Shown here piece after piece: positions 56,635 to 64,000 of a stretch of DNA of 64,000 nt. The stretch is taken from positions 1,953-65,952 of the forward strand of contig CAZMRQ010000001.1 of the NCBI GenBank assembly GCA_964568795.1, given 5' to 3'. The notes under the pieces were generated by a model that was not told where the DNA came from, ran no database searches, and saw only the letters and a program-made list of their open reading frames with translations. Position 1 is the first letter of the stretch; the number at the start of each line of letters is the position of its first letter. Both the position numbers and the translations under genes were made by a program. The stretch is from an uncultured Gammaproteobacteria bacterium. GTDB taxonomy: Bacteria; Pseudomonadota; Gammaproteobacteria; Comchoanobacterales; Comchoanobacteraceae.

Positions 56635-57826
56635 AAGACTTTTCAAATGCGGTCAATGTAAGGCCCAAGTGTTCTTGTTTGTGAGCACAGGTCACAAAGC
56701 AGCTTTCAAGAGAATTTGGCGGTAAAAATATATTGTTCTCAATCATTAGAGGATAAAAAAGTTTGAATATTTGGTGATGACAGGCAGGGATATCACTCTG
56801 AGACTTGACAGGTTTTTTTGAAAAAAAGAACGACCACATCCCCCCCTGGTGGCAAGTTTGTAGGGGCAGTCCGTATTTTTTAGTGATATATGTCATCCCT
56901 GATGTGAGCTGTTCGGTGTATTCATTGAGTTGTCTATAGTGTTTGTCAGAGAGGTGAGACAAAGTTGCTATTCCGGTATGCACACAGCTAGCTAGGCTTG
57001 CGTATGTGCCTGCATGAGTGACTGGTCCTAGCGGGGCAAGCTCATTCATTATTTCTGCTCTGCCTGCTAGACAAGCCAATGGCAGGCCGCCACCAATGAC
57101 TTTAGCCAGACAGATAAGGTCGGGTGTTATATGATGGGTCTGAGCGACAGATCCGTAATAGCAGCGAAAACCTGTCATCACTTCATCAGCAATGAGCAAT
57201 GCGTTGTGTTCGCGGCATAAGCGTTCACAGGTTTGTAAAAAATCAGGCCCTGGTTTAATCATGCCCATATTGCCAGCAATGGGTTCAACGAATAGGGCTG
57301 CAATTTGCGCCCCATGTTCTTGGAAGCATTGGATGAGCTTAGTGACGTCATTGTATGGCACACAATGGTGTTGTGGTGATTTTTTCAGCAGATGATCGCC
57401 ATGTCCATGGTAGCATCCTTCGAAGGTAATAAAAGATTGTCTTCCAGTGACATGCTGTGCCAGTCTTAGGGCCGTCATGCAGCTTTCAGTTCCTGTGACA
57501 CAAAAACGCATTTTTTCTGCTTGTGGGATAGCTTTTCTTATGAGTTGTGCTAATTTCACTTCACCTTCGTGGCAAATACCGCCAGGCAAACCAGAGTCAA
57601 TGGCTTGTTGGAGAGCTTCTTGAATTACGGGGTGTTGATGTCCAAGGATGGTTGCTCCAAAGCCATTTTGATAGTCTATGTATGGCGTATCTTGCTCGTA
57701 TATATAGGCATTGCGTGCATGGGTGAAGTAAATAGGAGAAGAGAGATTGAGACTAAGTGGTGAACGCACAGGAGAGTTAACTCCTCCGGGCATGAATTGT
57801 TGAGCATTTTTGAAATGTGTTGTCAT
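56552..57826 (-). CDS. hemL: Glutamate-1-semialdehyde 2,1-aminomutase
   Basis: 'MPGGVNSPVRS', 'GTESCMTALRLA', 'FEGCYHGH', 'LLIADEVMTGFR' and 'LAKVIGGGLP' (PLP Lys). The start is set at ATG 57826 (MTTHFKN). Confidence 0.93.
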   Translation of the reverse strand: MTTHFKNAQQFMPGGVNSPVRSPLSLNLSSPIYFTHARNAYIYEQDTPYIDYQNGFGATILGHQHPVIQEALQQAIDSGLPGGICHEGEVKLAQLIRKAIPQAEKMRFCVTGTESCMTALRLAQHVTGRQSFITFEGCYHGHGDHLLKKSPQHHCVPYNDVTKLIQCFQEHGAQIAALFVEPIAGNMGMIKPGPDFLQTCERLCREHNALLIADEVMTGFRCYYGSVAQTHHITPDLICLAKVIGGGLPLACLAGRAEIMNELAPLGPVTHAGTYASLASCVHTGIATLSHLSDKHYRQLNEYTEQLTSGMTYITKKYGLPLQTCHQGGMWSFFFSKKPVKSQSDIPACHHQIFKLFYPLMIENNIFLPPNSLESCFVTCAHKQEHLGLTLTAFEKSFKQLTTQHKEYLNRLKTTPENKEEHAV

Positions 57827-57961
57827 AGCTAAGGTGTTCTGAGTTGAGAAATAATAGCACACACATGCCAATAATGCACGAGGCGAGTATTGTTGCAATG
57901 TGTGTTGCAGTATAGTACTGTATTGTCATTAGACTATAAGTTCCTAAGGCACCCAGCATAC

Positions 57962-59440
57962 ATGATCAACCAATCTCAGATTTTCACAGGTGTTAGGGGA
58001 GTTGTTTTTCCGATTGCTAATTGGGAGCTTCGTAAGTTTCTCCCACTTGCTGTGATGATGTTCATCACAGTTTTTAATTTTACATTGTTGCGCAATGCCA
58101 AAGACGCTCTTTTCGTCACAGCTCCAGGATCTGGTGCAGAATCTATTACGTTTTTAAAGTTGTATGGTGTCTTGCCGATGATGGTGTTGGCTAGTTTGGT
58201 ATATGTGAAAATAAGGAAGAAGTTAAACTTTGAGCGATCTTATTACGTGATCATTGCTTTCTTCATGTGTTTTTTCATCTTGTTTATATGTGTGCTGTAT
58301 CCTTTGCGTGATGAGCTTAATATGAGTGCAGCCAGTATTATATATTTGAAAGAGTCCTACCCGCGTTTTCAGCACTTTTTCCCAGCCATTGGGCTGTGGG
58401 TTTATTCTCTTTTTTATGTGTTTGCAGAGCTTTGGGGGACGTTTACACTCTCGGTGTTATTCTGGCAGTTTGCGAATGATAATATTGGTCCGAGCGAGGC
58501 AAAGCGCTATTATCCTCTGCTTATTTTTGTAAACAGCATGGCTACAATGACACTGGGGTATGTGATGTCAAAATTTGCTGATTTTCCCCCAGAAAAAATA
58601 GTTGTCAACAGTACATTATTGCTTATTGCATTGGTGGTTTGCCTATTTGCTACATTTCGCTGGATGCATGTGAGTGTGCTTTCGCGCCCTCAGTTTACTC
58701 AGTATGTCAGTCAGAGGACTAAGAAGCCGAAGGTCAAGATTAGTTTTGTTGAAAGTATTAAGCAAGCGTTGAAGTCACCTTACATTGGGTATATTGTGAT
58801 TTTGGTTTTATCGTATAATATCATGACTAACATTATGGAAGTGACATGGAAAAGCCAAGCATTGCGTTTGTTTAATGATCTGCAATCTTACTACCGATTT
58901 ATGTCGACGTATACTTTTTGGACTGGGGTGATTACCATGCTTTTCATATTCATCTCGCAAAGTTTATTACGCTTGTGTGGTTGGTGTGTGTGTGCCATGA
59001 TTACACCTGTAATTGCCTCATTTATTGGCGTGGTTTTCTTTTCATATATGTTGTTTCAAGATCAGTTTGCTTATTTGTTGCGGTATTTTGGTGGAATCAC
59101 CCCCCTAGTCTTTATTGTCTGGTTTGGGGGTATTGGGGTATTGATTGGAAAATCGTCTAAGTACAGTTTTTTTGATCCGACTAAAGAAATGGCATTTATT
59201 CCCTTGTCGTATGACTTGCGTATGACGGGAAAAGCGGCAGTAGATGGAGTAGGGGCCCGCCTGGGTAAGTCCAGTGGTGGCTTTATTCAGACCGTGTTGT
59301 ATGTTTTTACAGCTGGAAGCCAGATAGATATTGCCCCCTATCTAGCAGGCATTATTGTATTGCTGGGCGTTCTCTGGTTGGTCGCTGTACTGCGCCTGAA
59401 TAAGCTTTATCATCATCAAGTGGAATTATCGCAAAGCTGA
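57962..59440 (+). CDS. tlc: ATP/ADP translocase (Tlc/Npt nucleotide transporter family)
   Basis: 'ELRKFLPLAVMMFITVFNFTLLRNAKDALFVT', 'ELWGTFTLSVLFWQFANDN', 'KSSKYSFFDPTKEMAFIPL' and 'KAAVDGVGARLGKSSGGFIQ' match the conserved Rickettsia/Chlamydia Tlc/Npt blocks as I recall them. 12-TM-like, 492 aa from ATG 57962. Confidence 0.88.
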   Translation: MINQSQIFTGVRGVVFPIANWELRKFLPLAVMMFITVFNFTLLRNAKDALFVTAPGSGAESITFLKLYGVLPMMVLASLVYVKIRKKLNFERSYYVIIAFFMCFFILFICVLYPLRDELNMSAASIIYLKESYPRFQHFFPAIGLWVYSLFYVFAELWGTFTLSVLFWQFANDNIGPSEAKRYYPLLIFVNSMATMTLGYVMSKFADFPPEKIVVNSTLLLIALVVCLFATFRWMHVSVLSRPQFTQYVSQRTKKPKVKISFVESIKQALKSPYIGYIVILVLSYNIMTNIMEVTWKSQALRLFNDLQSYYRFMSTYTFWTGVITMLFIFISQSLLRLCGWCVCAMITPVIASFIGVVFFSYMLFQDQFAYLLRYFGGITPLVFIVWFGGIGVLIGKSSKYSFFDPTKEMAFIPLSYDLRMTGKAAVDGVGARLGKSSGGFIQTVLYVFTAGSQIDIAPYLAGIIVLLGVLWLVAVLRLNKLYHHQVELSQS

Positions 59441-59527
59441 AATATTCCTGCATGAGGCAGTTACAAGATCTGGAAAAAACAGCCAAACTGATATAGACTA
59501 AGCTAGCGGTAGAAATAATGTGATGTT

Positions 59528-59695
59528 ATGAAAAAATATATGTGTCTTATTTGTGGTCTTATATACGATGAAGCAGAAGGTTGGCCAGCTGATGGCATTC
59601 AGCCCGGGACCCTTTGGGAAGATGTCTTAGATGATTGGATTTGCCCAGACTGTGGTGCTACCAAAGATGACTTTGATATGGTTCTTATGCCATGA
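59528..59695 (+). CDS. Rubredoxin (55 aa; below the ORF-track cutoff)
   Basis: Hand translation: [55 protein letters not shown]. It has the two CxxCG knuckles and the WxxxPxxWxCPxCG signature. ATGA overlap with the next gene. Confidence 0.9.
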   Translation: MKKYMCLICGLIYDEAEGWPADGIQPGTLWEDVLDDWICPDCGATKDDFDMVLMP

Positions 59696-60273
59696 AGTCA
59701 TTAATTCCAGGGCCAGCTGGCCAATTGGAAATTGATCTGACAGAAGGTGATGGTCCATGGTGGCTTGTATGTCACCCACATCCACAGTTCGGTGGGAATA
59801 TGGACAATAAAGTTGTTGTGACTCTTGCCAGAGCATTGTCATCTTGCGGCATGAAAGTAATACGCTTTAATTACCGTGGTGTGGGTATGAGTGAGGGTTC
59901 ATATGGCAGTATTATAGGTGAGAGTGCAGATGCCAAAGCTGTCATGAGCTGGGCAAGTAATAAATTTGGTCCTATAGGGGGTGTTGCTGGTTTTTCATTT
60001 GGCAGTTATATAGCGGCACAAATAGAGGCTCAGGAGCCGCTTATTATGGTAGCGCCTCCTTGTGAGCGGATGCCATTTTCTCAGTGCCGAATATCAGAGA
60101 AGTCACTTATTATTCATGGATCTAAAGATGAGATCTGTTCATACGATCAATCAAAAGAGTTTGCATCTCAACGCGGCATTGAGTTTATTGCCTTAGAGGG
60201 GGCCAGTCATTTTTTTCATGGGGCTCTTCCTGCACTCAAATGTGCCTCTATATCATTTTTATCAATAATATAA
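59692..60273 (+). CDS. Alpha/beta-hydrolase-fold protein (COG2945-like small hydrolase)
   Basis: '[16 protein letters not shown]', '[14 protein letters not shown]', nucleophile elbow 'GFSFGS', and later 'HGSKDE' and 'GASHFF'. Confidence 0.65.
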   Translation: MKSLIPGPAGQLEIDLTEGDGPWWLVCHPHPQFGGNMDNKVVVTLARALSSCGMKVIRFNYRGVGMSEGSYGSIIGESADAKAVMSWASNKFGPIGGVAGFSFGSYIAAQIEAQEPLIMVAPPCERMPFSQCRISEKSLIIHGSKDEICSYDQSKEFASQRGIEFIALEGASHFFHGALPALKCASISFLSII

Positions 60274-60301
60274 GTTATTTACCCTAATATAGTTTACATA
60301 T

Positions 60302-60340
60302 TATTGTATAATGCTATAATAGTATATAATGTATACAATA
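60302..60340. promoter_or_regulatory. 9-nt perfect inverted repeat (TATTGTATA-N21-TATACAATA) enclosing three TATAAT hexamers; promoter/operator candidate for the 491-aa orphan gene
   Basis: TATAAT occurs at 60307..60312, 60315..60320 and 60325..60330. The repeat arms are at 60302..60310 and 60332..60340. SD aggtg and ATG 60361 follow. Confidence 0.35.
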
Positions 60341-60360
60341 TTTATCTTATAGGTGCAAAC

Positions 60361-61836
60361 ATGCCAGGCTCTCATAAAAATTCAAACTGTGTGTGTGTGG
60401 TGGAGGCTAACGTGGCAAGCGTTCCTCCCAACGAATATGCAGTCTTTAAAGACGGGTTCAATAAACAGAATTTAGAAATTAAACAAGTGGCTTTACGCAT
60501 TACTCTAGACGAGATGGCTGGAAGAAGCTGTAAGGCTGATAGCAGCAAGGTCAGTCATGAGGAGTCAGAATCTGGGCCCAGTGAGGAAGAAAAAAGTGCG
60601 CAGAAAAGAGAAGCAAGAGCTCGTATAGAAGGTTTCACAACAAACATGGTTCGCGATGGTGGTGGATTTGTGTTTGATGAAATTTCTATCACTCAATTAT
60701 GGACAAGGGTTGTCGATAGAATGAAAAAAGAAGAATTTGAGAATGCCGTGTTGTCCATGATGAATCAGTACAAAGATACTTGTGACGCATCTAGCGCTGC
60801 CGATGACTATAATAAGAAACTCGCATCTGATGAAAGTCAACGAGTTACAAAAGTTTTAGACGTATACCAAAGCTACTTTAGTAAACATTACAGCATGGTT
60901 TCTGTTTCGGATGATGAGAACGTATTGCGTAGAAAAGTAAACGCTGATAAGTCACAGCTACAGAATGCGTTGACTAGTCTTAGGGAGGATATTCTAGGCA
61001 TTCAGCATGTAAGAATTTGGAATAACGATGTGGCTTTGCAAAAGATGAACAAACCAGCATTAGAAAAAGCAATACAAGAATTCAATGAATTTTTTGATAG
61101 CGAAAATAGCCTGCTCACCGATCCAACTTTTGACCGTTATAAGCAAGAACACCAAGCGCTGACAATTTTAAACAGAGGTCTGATTGGCTTATCTAGCGGT
61201 GAGGAAGGCTTACCGGAAGGTCAAATGCTGCGAGCTCATAAAAAATTAGATATTAATGATCTTAGTATGATGTTATCAGCAATATACTTGGGTGTACCAT
61301 TGGTTACGACTAATGTGGCGATGGTTTATCAAATAAACAAGTTGGTTATGACTTGCACTCTTGCACGCCGGTGTTTGGTCCTATCTCCAACGGCGCCCTT
61401 GCCTGATATAGGAGCATTAATTGAAGATGGTCGATATGCGCTTTTTGGCGCAGTGCAAAAACCTGAGGACAATAAACATAATACTTGTTCGCCAGACAGA
61501 AAAGCAAGAGAGTCCAGGGAGGAAACTAAGTTGCCATCATATTTAACACCTCCTCGAGAGTTAAGAGGAGGGGGTGCAAGTGGACAAAAATCAACTTCTA
61601 TAAAGGATGATAGTAGAGGAAAAGACAAATCAACTCCTGAAGGGCTGAGATGTGCAGCAGACAGGCATACACCTCCCAAAAGGGGGTCAGTAAAGACATT
61701 GTCTTTTTTACTCCCACCGCCGGGAGAAGAAGGGGGGCAAAGCTCAAGTCCAGGTGGCTCTGATCCTGATTCAAGTCCAGGTGGTTCTGATCCTGATTCA
61801 AGTCCAGGTAGATCTTCACCACCTTTAAAGCCTTGA
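60361..61836 (+). CDS. Orphan 491-aa protein with a Pro/Gly/Ser-rich C-terminus ending in SSPGGSDPD tandem repeats; candidate effector
   Basis: ATG 60361 is preceded by aggtg; the tracked TTG start (60304) lies in the promoter-like AT tract. No recognised domain. The C-terminus is '...PPPGEEGGQSSSPGGSDPDSSPGGSDPDSSPGRSSPPLKP'. Confidence 0.8.
   Translation: MPGSHKNSNCVCVVEANVASVPPNEYAVFKDGFNKQNLEIKQVALRITLDEMAGRSCKADSSKVSHEESESGPSEEEKSAQKREARARIEGFTTNMVRDGGGFVFDEISITQLWTRVVDRMKKEEFENAVLSMMNQYKDTCDASSAADDYNKKLASDESQRVTKVLDVYQSYFSKHYSMVSVSDDENVLRRKVNADKSQLQNALTSLREDILGIQHVRIWNNDVALQKMNKPALEKAIQEFNEFFDSENSLLTDPTFDRYKQEHQALTILNRGLIGLSSGEEGLPEGQMLRAHKKLDINDLSMMLSAIYLGVPLVTTNVAMVYQINKLVMTCTLARRCLVLSPTAPLPDIGALIEDGRYALFGAVQKPEDNKHNTCSPDRKARESREETKLPSYLTPPRELRGGGASGQKSTSIKDDSRGKDKSTPEGLRCAADRHTPPKRGSVKTLSFLLPPPGEEGGQSSSPGGSDPDSSPGGSDPDSSPGRSSPPLKP
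61744..61809 (+). repeat. 27-nt coding tandem repeat (2.4 copies, one mismatch) encoding SSPGGSDPD
   Basis: tcaagtccaggtggCtctgatcctgat (61744..61770), tcaagtccaggtggTtctgatcctgat (61771..61797) and tcaagtccaggt (partial). Confidence 0.95.
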
Positions 61837-61883
61837 TAACCTGATTGTATTGATTTCACTGCCACGCCTTGTTACTCTGTTCT

Positions 61884-62492
61884 ATGGATCAAAATAGCGC
61901 ATTAAAAAAATATTTTCGAGGGTTCTTGCCAGTTGTCATTGATTTGGAGACATCGGGTTCAGATTGCTCTCGTCACGGCATTCTTGAAATAGCAGCGGTC
62001 TTTCCTAAATGGAAATCCAAGTGGCAATCAGGCCAAGTGTACCATGAACATGTTGAGATGTTCGATGGTGCTGAGCAGGCAGAAGATTCAATGAAAATTC
62101 ATGGAATTATTCCAGACCACCCTTTTAGGGGGGCAATAGATGAAGCGGCAATGATGCGTTCTTTAGTGAAGAGTATCAAGCAACAGTGTGAGAAATTTGG
62201 TACGTCTAAAGCTATTTTGGTAGCTCACAATCCAAATTTTGATGTGGGTTTTCTAAGAGCTGCAGAGTCGCGTACTGGAATAAAGTTGCCCATGCATCAG
62301 TATACAATGTTTGATACAGCTACAATGGGAATATTGATGTACAGAGAGACAGTTTTAGCAAAGCTATGCTTCAAGTCAGGCTTGGGCTTTGATGTGAGTG
62401 AGGCTCATGGCGCTTTGTATGACGCGGCAATGACTGCCAAGCTTTTTTGGCTTATGGTGAATTCATCTTGTAAAAAGATTTCAGGCGGCTGA
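61884..62492 (+). CDS. rnt: Ribonuclease T (DEDDh 3'-5' exoribonuclease)
   Basis: 'LPVVIDLETSG' (Exo I), 'LVAHNPNFDVGFL' (Exo II) and 'EAHGALYDAAMTAKLF' (Exo III, DEDDh). About 200 aa. Confidence 0.85.
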   Translation: MDQNSALKKYFRGFLPVVIDLETSGSDCSRHGILEIAAVFPKWKSKWQSGQVYHEHVEMFDGAEQAEDSMKIHGIIPDHPFRGAIDEAAMMRSLVKSIKQQCEKFGTSKAILVAHNPNFDVGFLRAAESRTGIKLPMHQYTMFDTATMGILMYRETVLAKLCFKSGLGFDVSEAHGALYDAAMTAKLFWLMVNSSCKKISGG

Positions 62493-63102
62493 GTGAGGGC
62501 TTTTGTTTGTGTGTATAACATTCTTGAATATGGCCTAATAAGTAGTGAATAATTAGCTCAGGGTTCCAAGGAAGAAAGTCAATGGCTTGTTTGATAAAGC
62601 TATCTTTGATTTGATACTGATAGCGATTGGCAATGGATTTAATGATTTTGTATAGATTACTGTGTTTTCTAGGAGCCACAAGGCATAAAGTGAGACACTG
62701 CTGACAGCGTGATGATAAATCTGCCAGAGTTGGCAGTGATTGTGCAGATATCAGCCATTTAATTTGAGGAAAATGTTGGCTAAATGAAACCAATTTTTCA
62801 GGATGGGGGTATTTATCTATATCATCAATAATGAGCCATTTGATAGAGTCATTTTGTGGTGGTATGGGCTCATGCTCTGTGTGTAAGAACATAGCATCGT
62901 GATGGAGAAGGTGTGCAAAACTTCGCATTAAATGGGTCTTTCCGGACATGCGTGGCCCAAGCAAAAGAATTGATGTTCGTTGTGATAGTCCTCGAGTGAT
63001 ATGCGCTAAAGTGCCATCATGATCAATATAGTTATCGATCTGTTGATGGCCTGCATGGTCTAGCTCAAGAGTGTGTTGATGATATATCATAGTCATATGC
63101 AA
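62452..63102 (-). CDS. hda: DnaA regulatory inactivator Hda-like AAA+ protein
   Basis: Walker A-like 'LLGPRMSGKTHLMRSF', Walker B 'LIIDDID', 'DLSSRCQQCL' (the Hda/DnaA 'L.SRL' box) and a ~215-aa size. It neighbours a DUF2066-like gene, as in Pseudomonas. Confidence 0.55.
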   Translation of the reverse strand: MHMTMIYHQHTLELDHAGHQQIDNYIDHDGTLAHITRGLSQRTSILLLGPRMSGKTHLMRSFAHLLHHDAMFLHTEHEPIPPQNDSIKWLIIDDIDKYPHPEKLVSFSQHFPQIKWLISAQSLPTLADLSSRCQQCLTLCLVAPRKHSNLYKIIKSIANRYQYQIKDSFIKQAIDFLPWNPELIIHYLLGHIQECYTHKQKPSLSRLKSFYKMNSP

Positions 63103-64000
63103 TATCGGTATTATCGTAGCGAGGGGGGTAAAGATAGGGGCGTAGAAATTTTATTTCTGCCCATTCAGTGACAAGCGAGTCAATGCCTCCAGGTTGTTCT
63201 ATCTTAATAATGATATATTCTGGAGTCAACTGTATGATACTCATTGGTCGTTGAGGAAGCGTACTTTGTATTTTATTCAGAATGGATCTTTGCTCCATGA
63301 CATTGTCAATCCCATGGATTTCAACCAGTACATCACTAACAGCGGCATTCTGATATTCTAAGGATTCAGAAGCCAGTTTTTCTCTGATGTGTATAAAGAG
63401 TTTTTTGAGTGAGTCATATACTTCTCCTTCAGTTGACTCTTCAATAAAGCTGTTTTGGTTATACCATACCCAACTATGTTGATTGTTCTTTGGGTTGGTT
63501 TTAAGTGCAACAACCTGACTGGACTGATAACGCCTTTGAGTCAGGTCTAAAGCGCTGCTTTCTTGATGCGACATAACATTATGCCATGCTTGGAGGTCAC
63601 TGAGATCCATCAGAGCTGGTTTTACATGTATGCCATATGTGTCTAGTATTTCATTCATTAGCTCGTGTACAGAGTCATTGGGTTGATCACTCAGCAACAA
63701 GATGGAGGGTCTGCTTTTCTCGGGCCAATAGGTGAGTTGGAGTGAAGGGAGAGTTTCCAGAACAGAGTCTTTATCGAACTGAAGATGGCACATGCTCTGA
63801 CGAAGTTCATCTGTTGAGAAATAGTAGGCATGCAGCAGTCTTTCTTTGTCTTTGTATTTCAACAGATTCTTGTCATAAGGATGCCCTTGATGGGTGGTGC
63901 GTATGAGCAACTTATTAAGAGCACTTTCTAGGTTTTCAGGCCAGGAACGCGCGTTCTTGGATGAAACAGGAATAGACACTTCAAGAATCTCTGCATGAAG
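63065..64000 (-). CDS. Hypothetical protein, possibly DUF2066 family; 5' end runs off the window
   Basis: The frame stays open upstream of the tracked GTG (63979) to the window edge. The family assignment rests only on conserved position next to hda plus size, not on motifs. Confidence 0.35.
   Translation of the reverse strand, partial: LHAEILEVSIPVSSKNARSWPENLESALNKLLIRTTHQGHPYDKNLLKYKDKERLLHAYYFSTDELRQSMCHLQFDKDSVLETLPSLQLTYWPEKSRPSILLLSDQPNDSVHELMNEILDTYGIHVKPALMDLSDLQAWHNVMSHQESSALDLTQRRYQSSQVVALKTNPKNNQHSWVWYNQNSFIEESTEGEVYDSLKKLFIHIREKLASESLEYQNAAVSDVLVEIHGIDNVMEQRSILNKIQSTLPQRPMSIIQLTPEYIIIKIEQPGGIDSLVTEWAEIKFLRPYLYPPRYDNTDIAYDYDISSTHS

Noticed and set aside
57777-57961. 60-aa minus-strand ORF, and the 5' extensions of the tracked tlc (57890) and hemL (57898) ORFs in the hemL-tlc divergent region
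   Set aside because: The conserved N-termini of HemL (MTTHFKNAQQFMPGGVNSPVR) and Tlc (MINQSQIF...) begin at internal ATGs. The extensions overlap each other in what must be the shared promoter region.
61329-61865. 178-aa minus-strand ORF (and 74-aa ORF 61598..61822) antisense to the 3' end of the 491-aa gene
   Set aside because: This is a shadow ORF created by the low-complexity, repeat-rich Pro/Gly/Ser coding region on the plus strand. Its translation is itself low-complexity (PGLESGSEPPGLESGSEPPG), and it has no start context.
1-64000. CRISPR arrays, rRNA genes, prophage/IS genes, and PmrA-type (TTAATATT tandem) or CpxR-type boxes upstream of the orphan genes
   Set aside because: None was seen on visual inspection of the intergenic regions. 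Absence of the regulatory boxes is a weak negative, since only a motif scan could settle it.

Overview
Visibly AT-rich bacterial chromosomal segment; G+C was not computed. No similarity search was possible, so all family calls rest on motifs read from the translations and recalled family knowledge. The backbone is gammaproteobacterial housekeeping synteny: an RNA m5C methyltransferase with parA-parB, trxA-rho-typA, lepA-lepB-rnc-era, epmB/efp/epmA, tRNA-metG-rnfB-like-nth, trkH-polA, hemL, and rnt-hda-DUF2066-like. Several traits suggest an intracellular, Legionellales/Coxiella-like lifestyle: a Tlc/Npt-type ATP/ADP translocase, two ~420-aa MFS carriers, a YejBEFA peptide ABC importer, a PolA without 3'-5' exonuclease carboxylates, and a degenerate FtsE/FtsX pair. 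Eight large ORFs of 350-1232 aa, plus one 146-aa secreted-looking ORF, sit between the conserved blocks and belong to no family I recognise. They look like a dispersed repertoire of host-directed (secreted effector-type) proteins. One has a YopT/C58-like Cys-His-Asp triad and lies in a 3-kb cassette bracketed by ~70-nt direct repeats. One carries four tandem EDPF units, resembling the eukaryotic AP-2-binding DPF motif. Two unrelated ones end in tandem DPDSSP repeats. Two adjacent ones are diverged paralogs. Several have Inc-like hydrophobic hairpins. No secretion-system gene is in the window, so the secretion route is inference only. No rRNA, CRISPR, transposase or integrase was seen.
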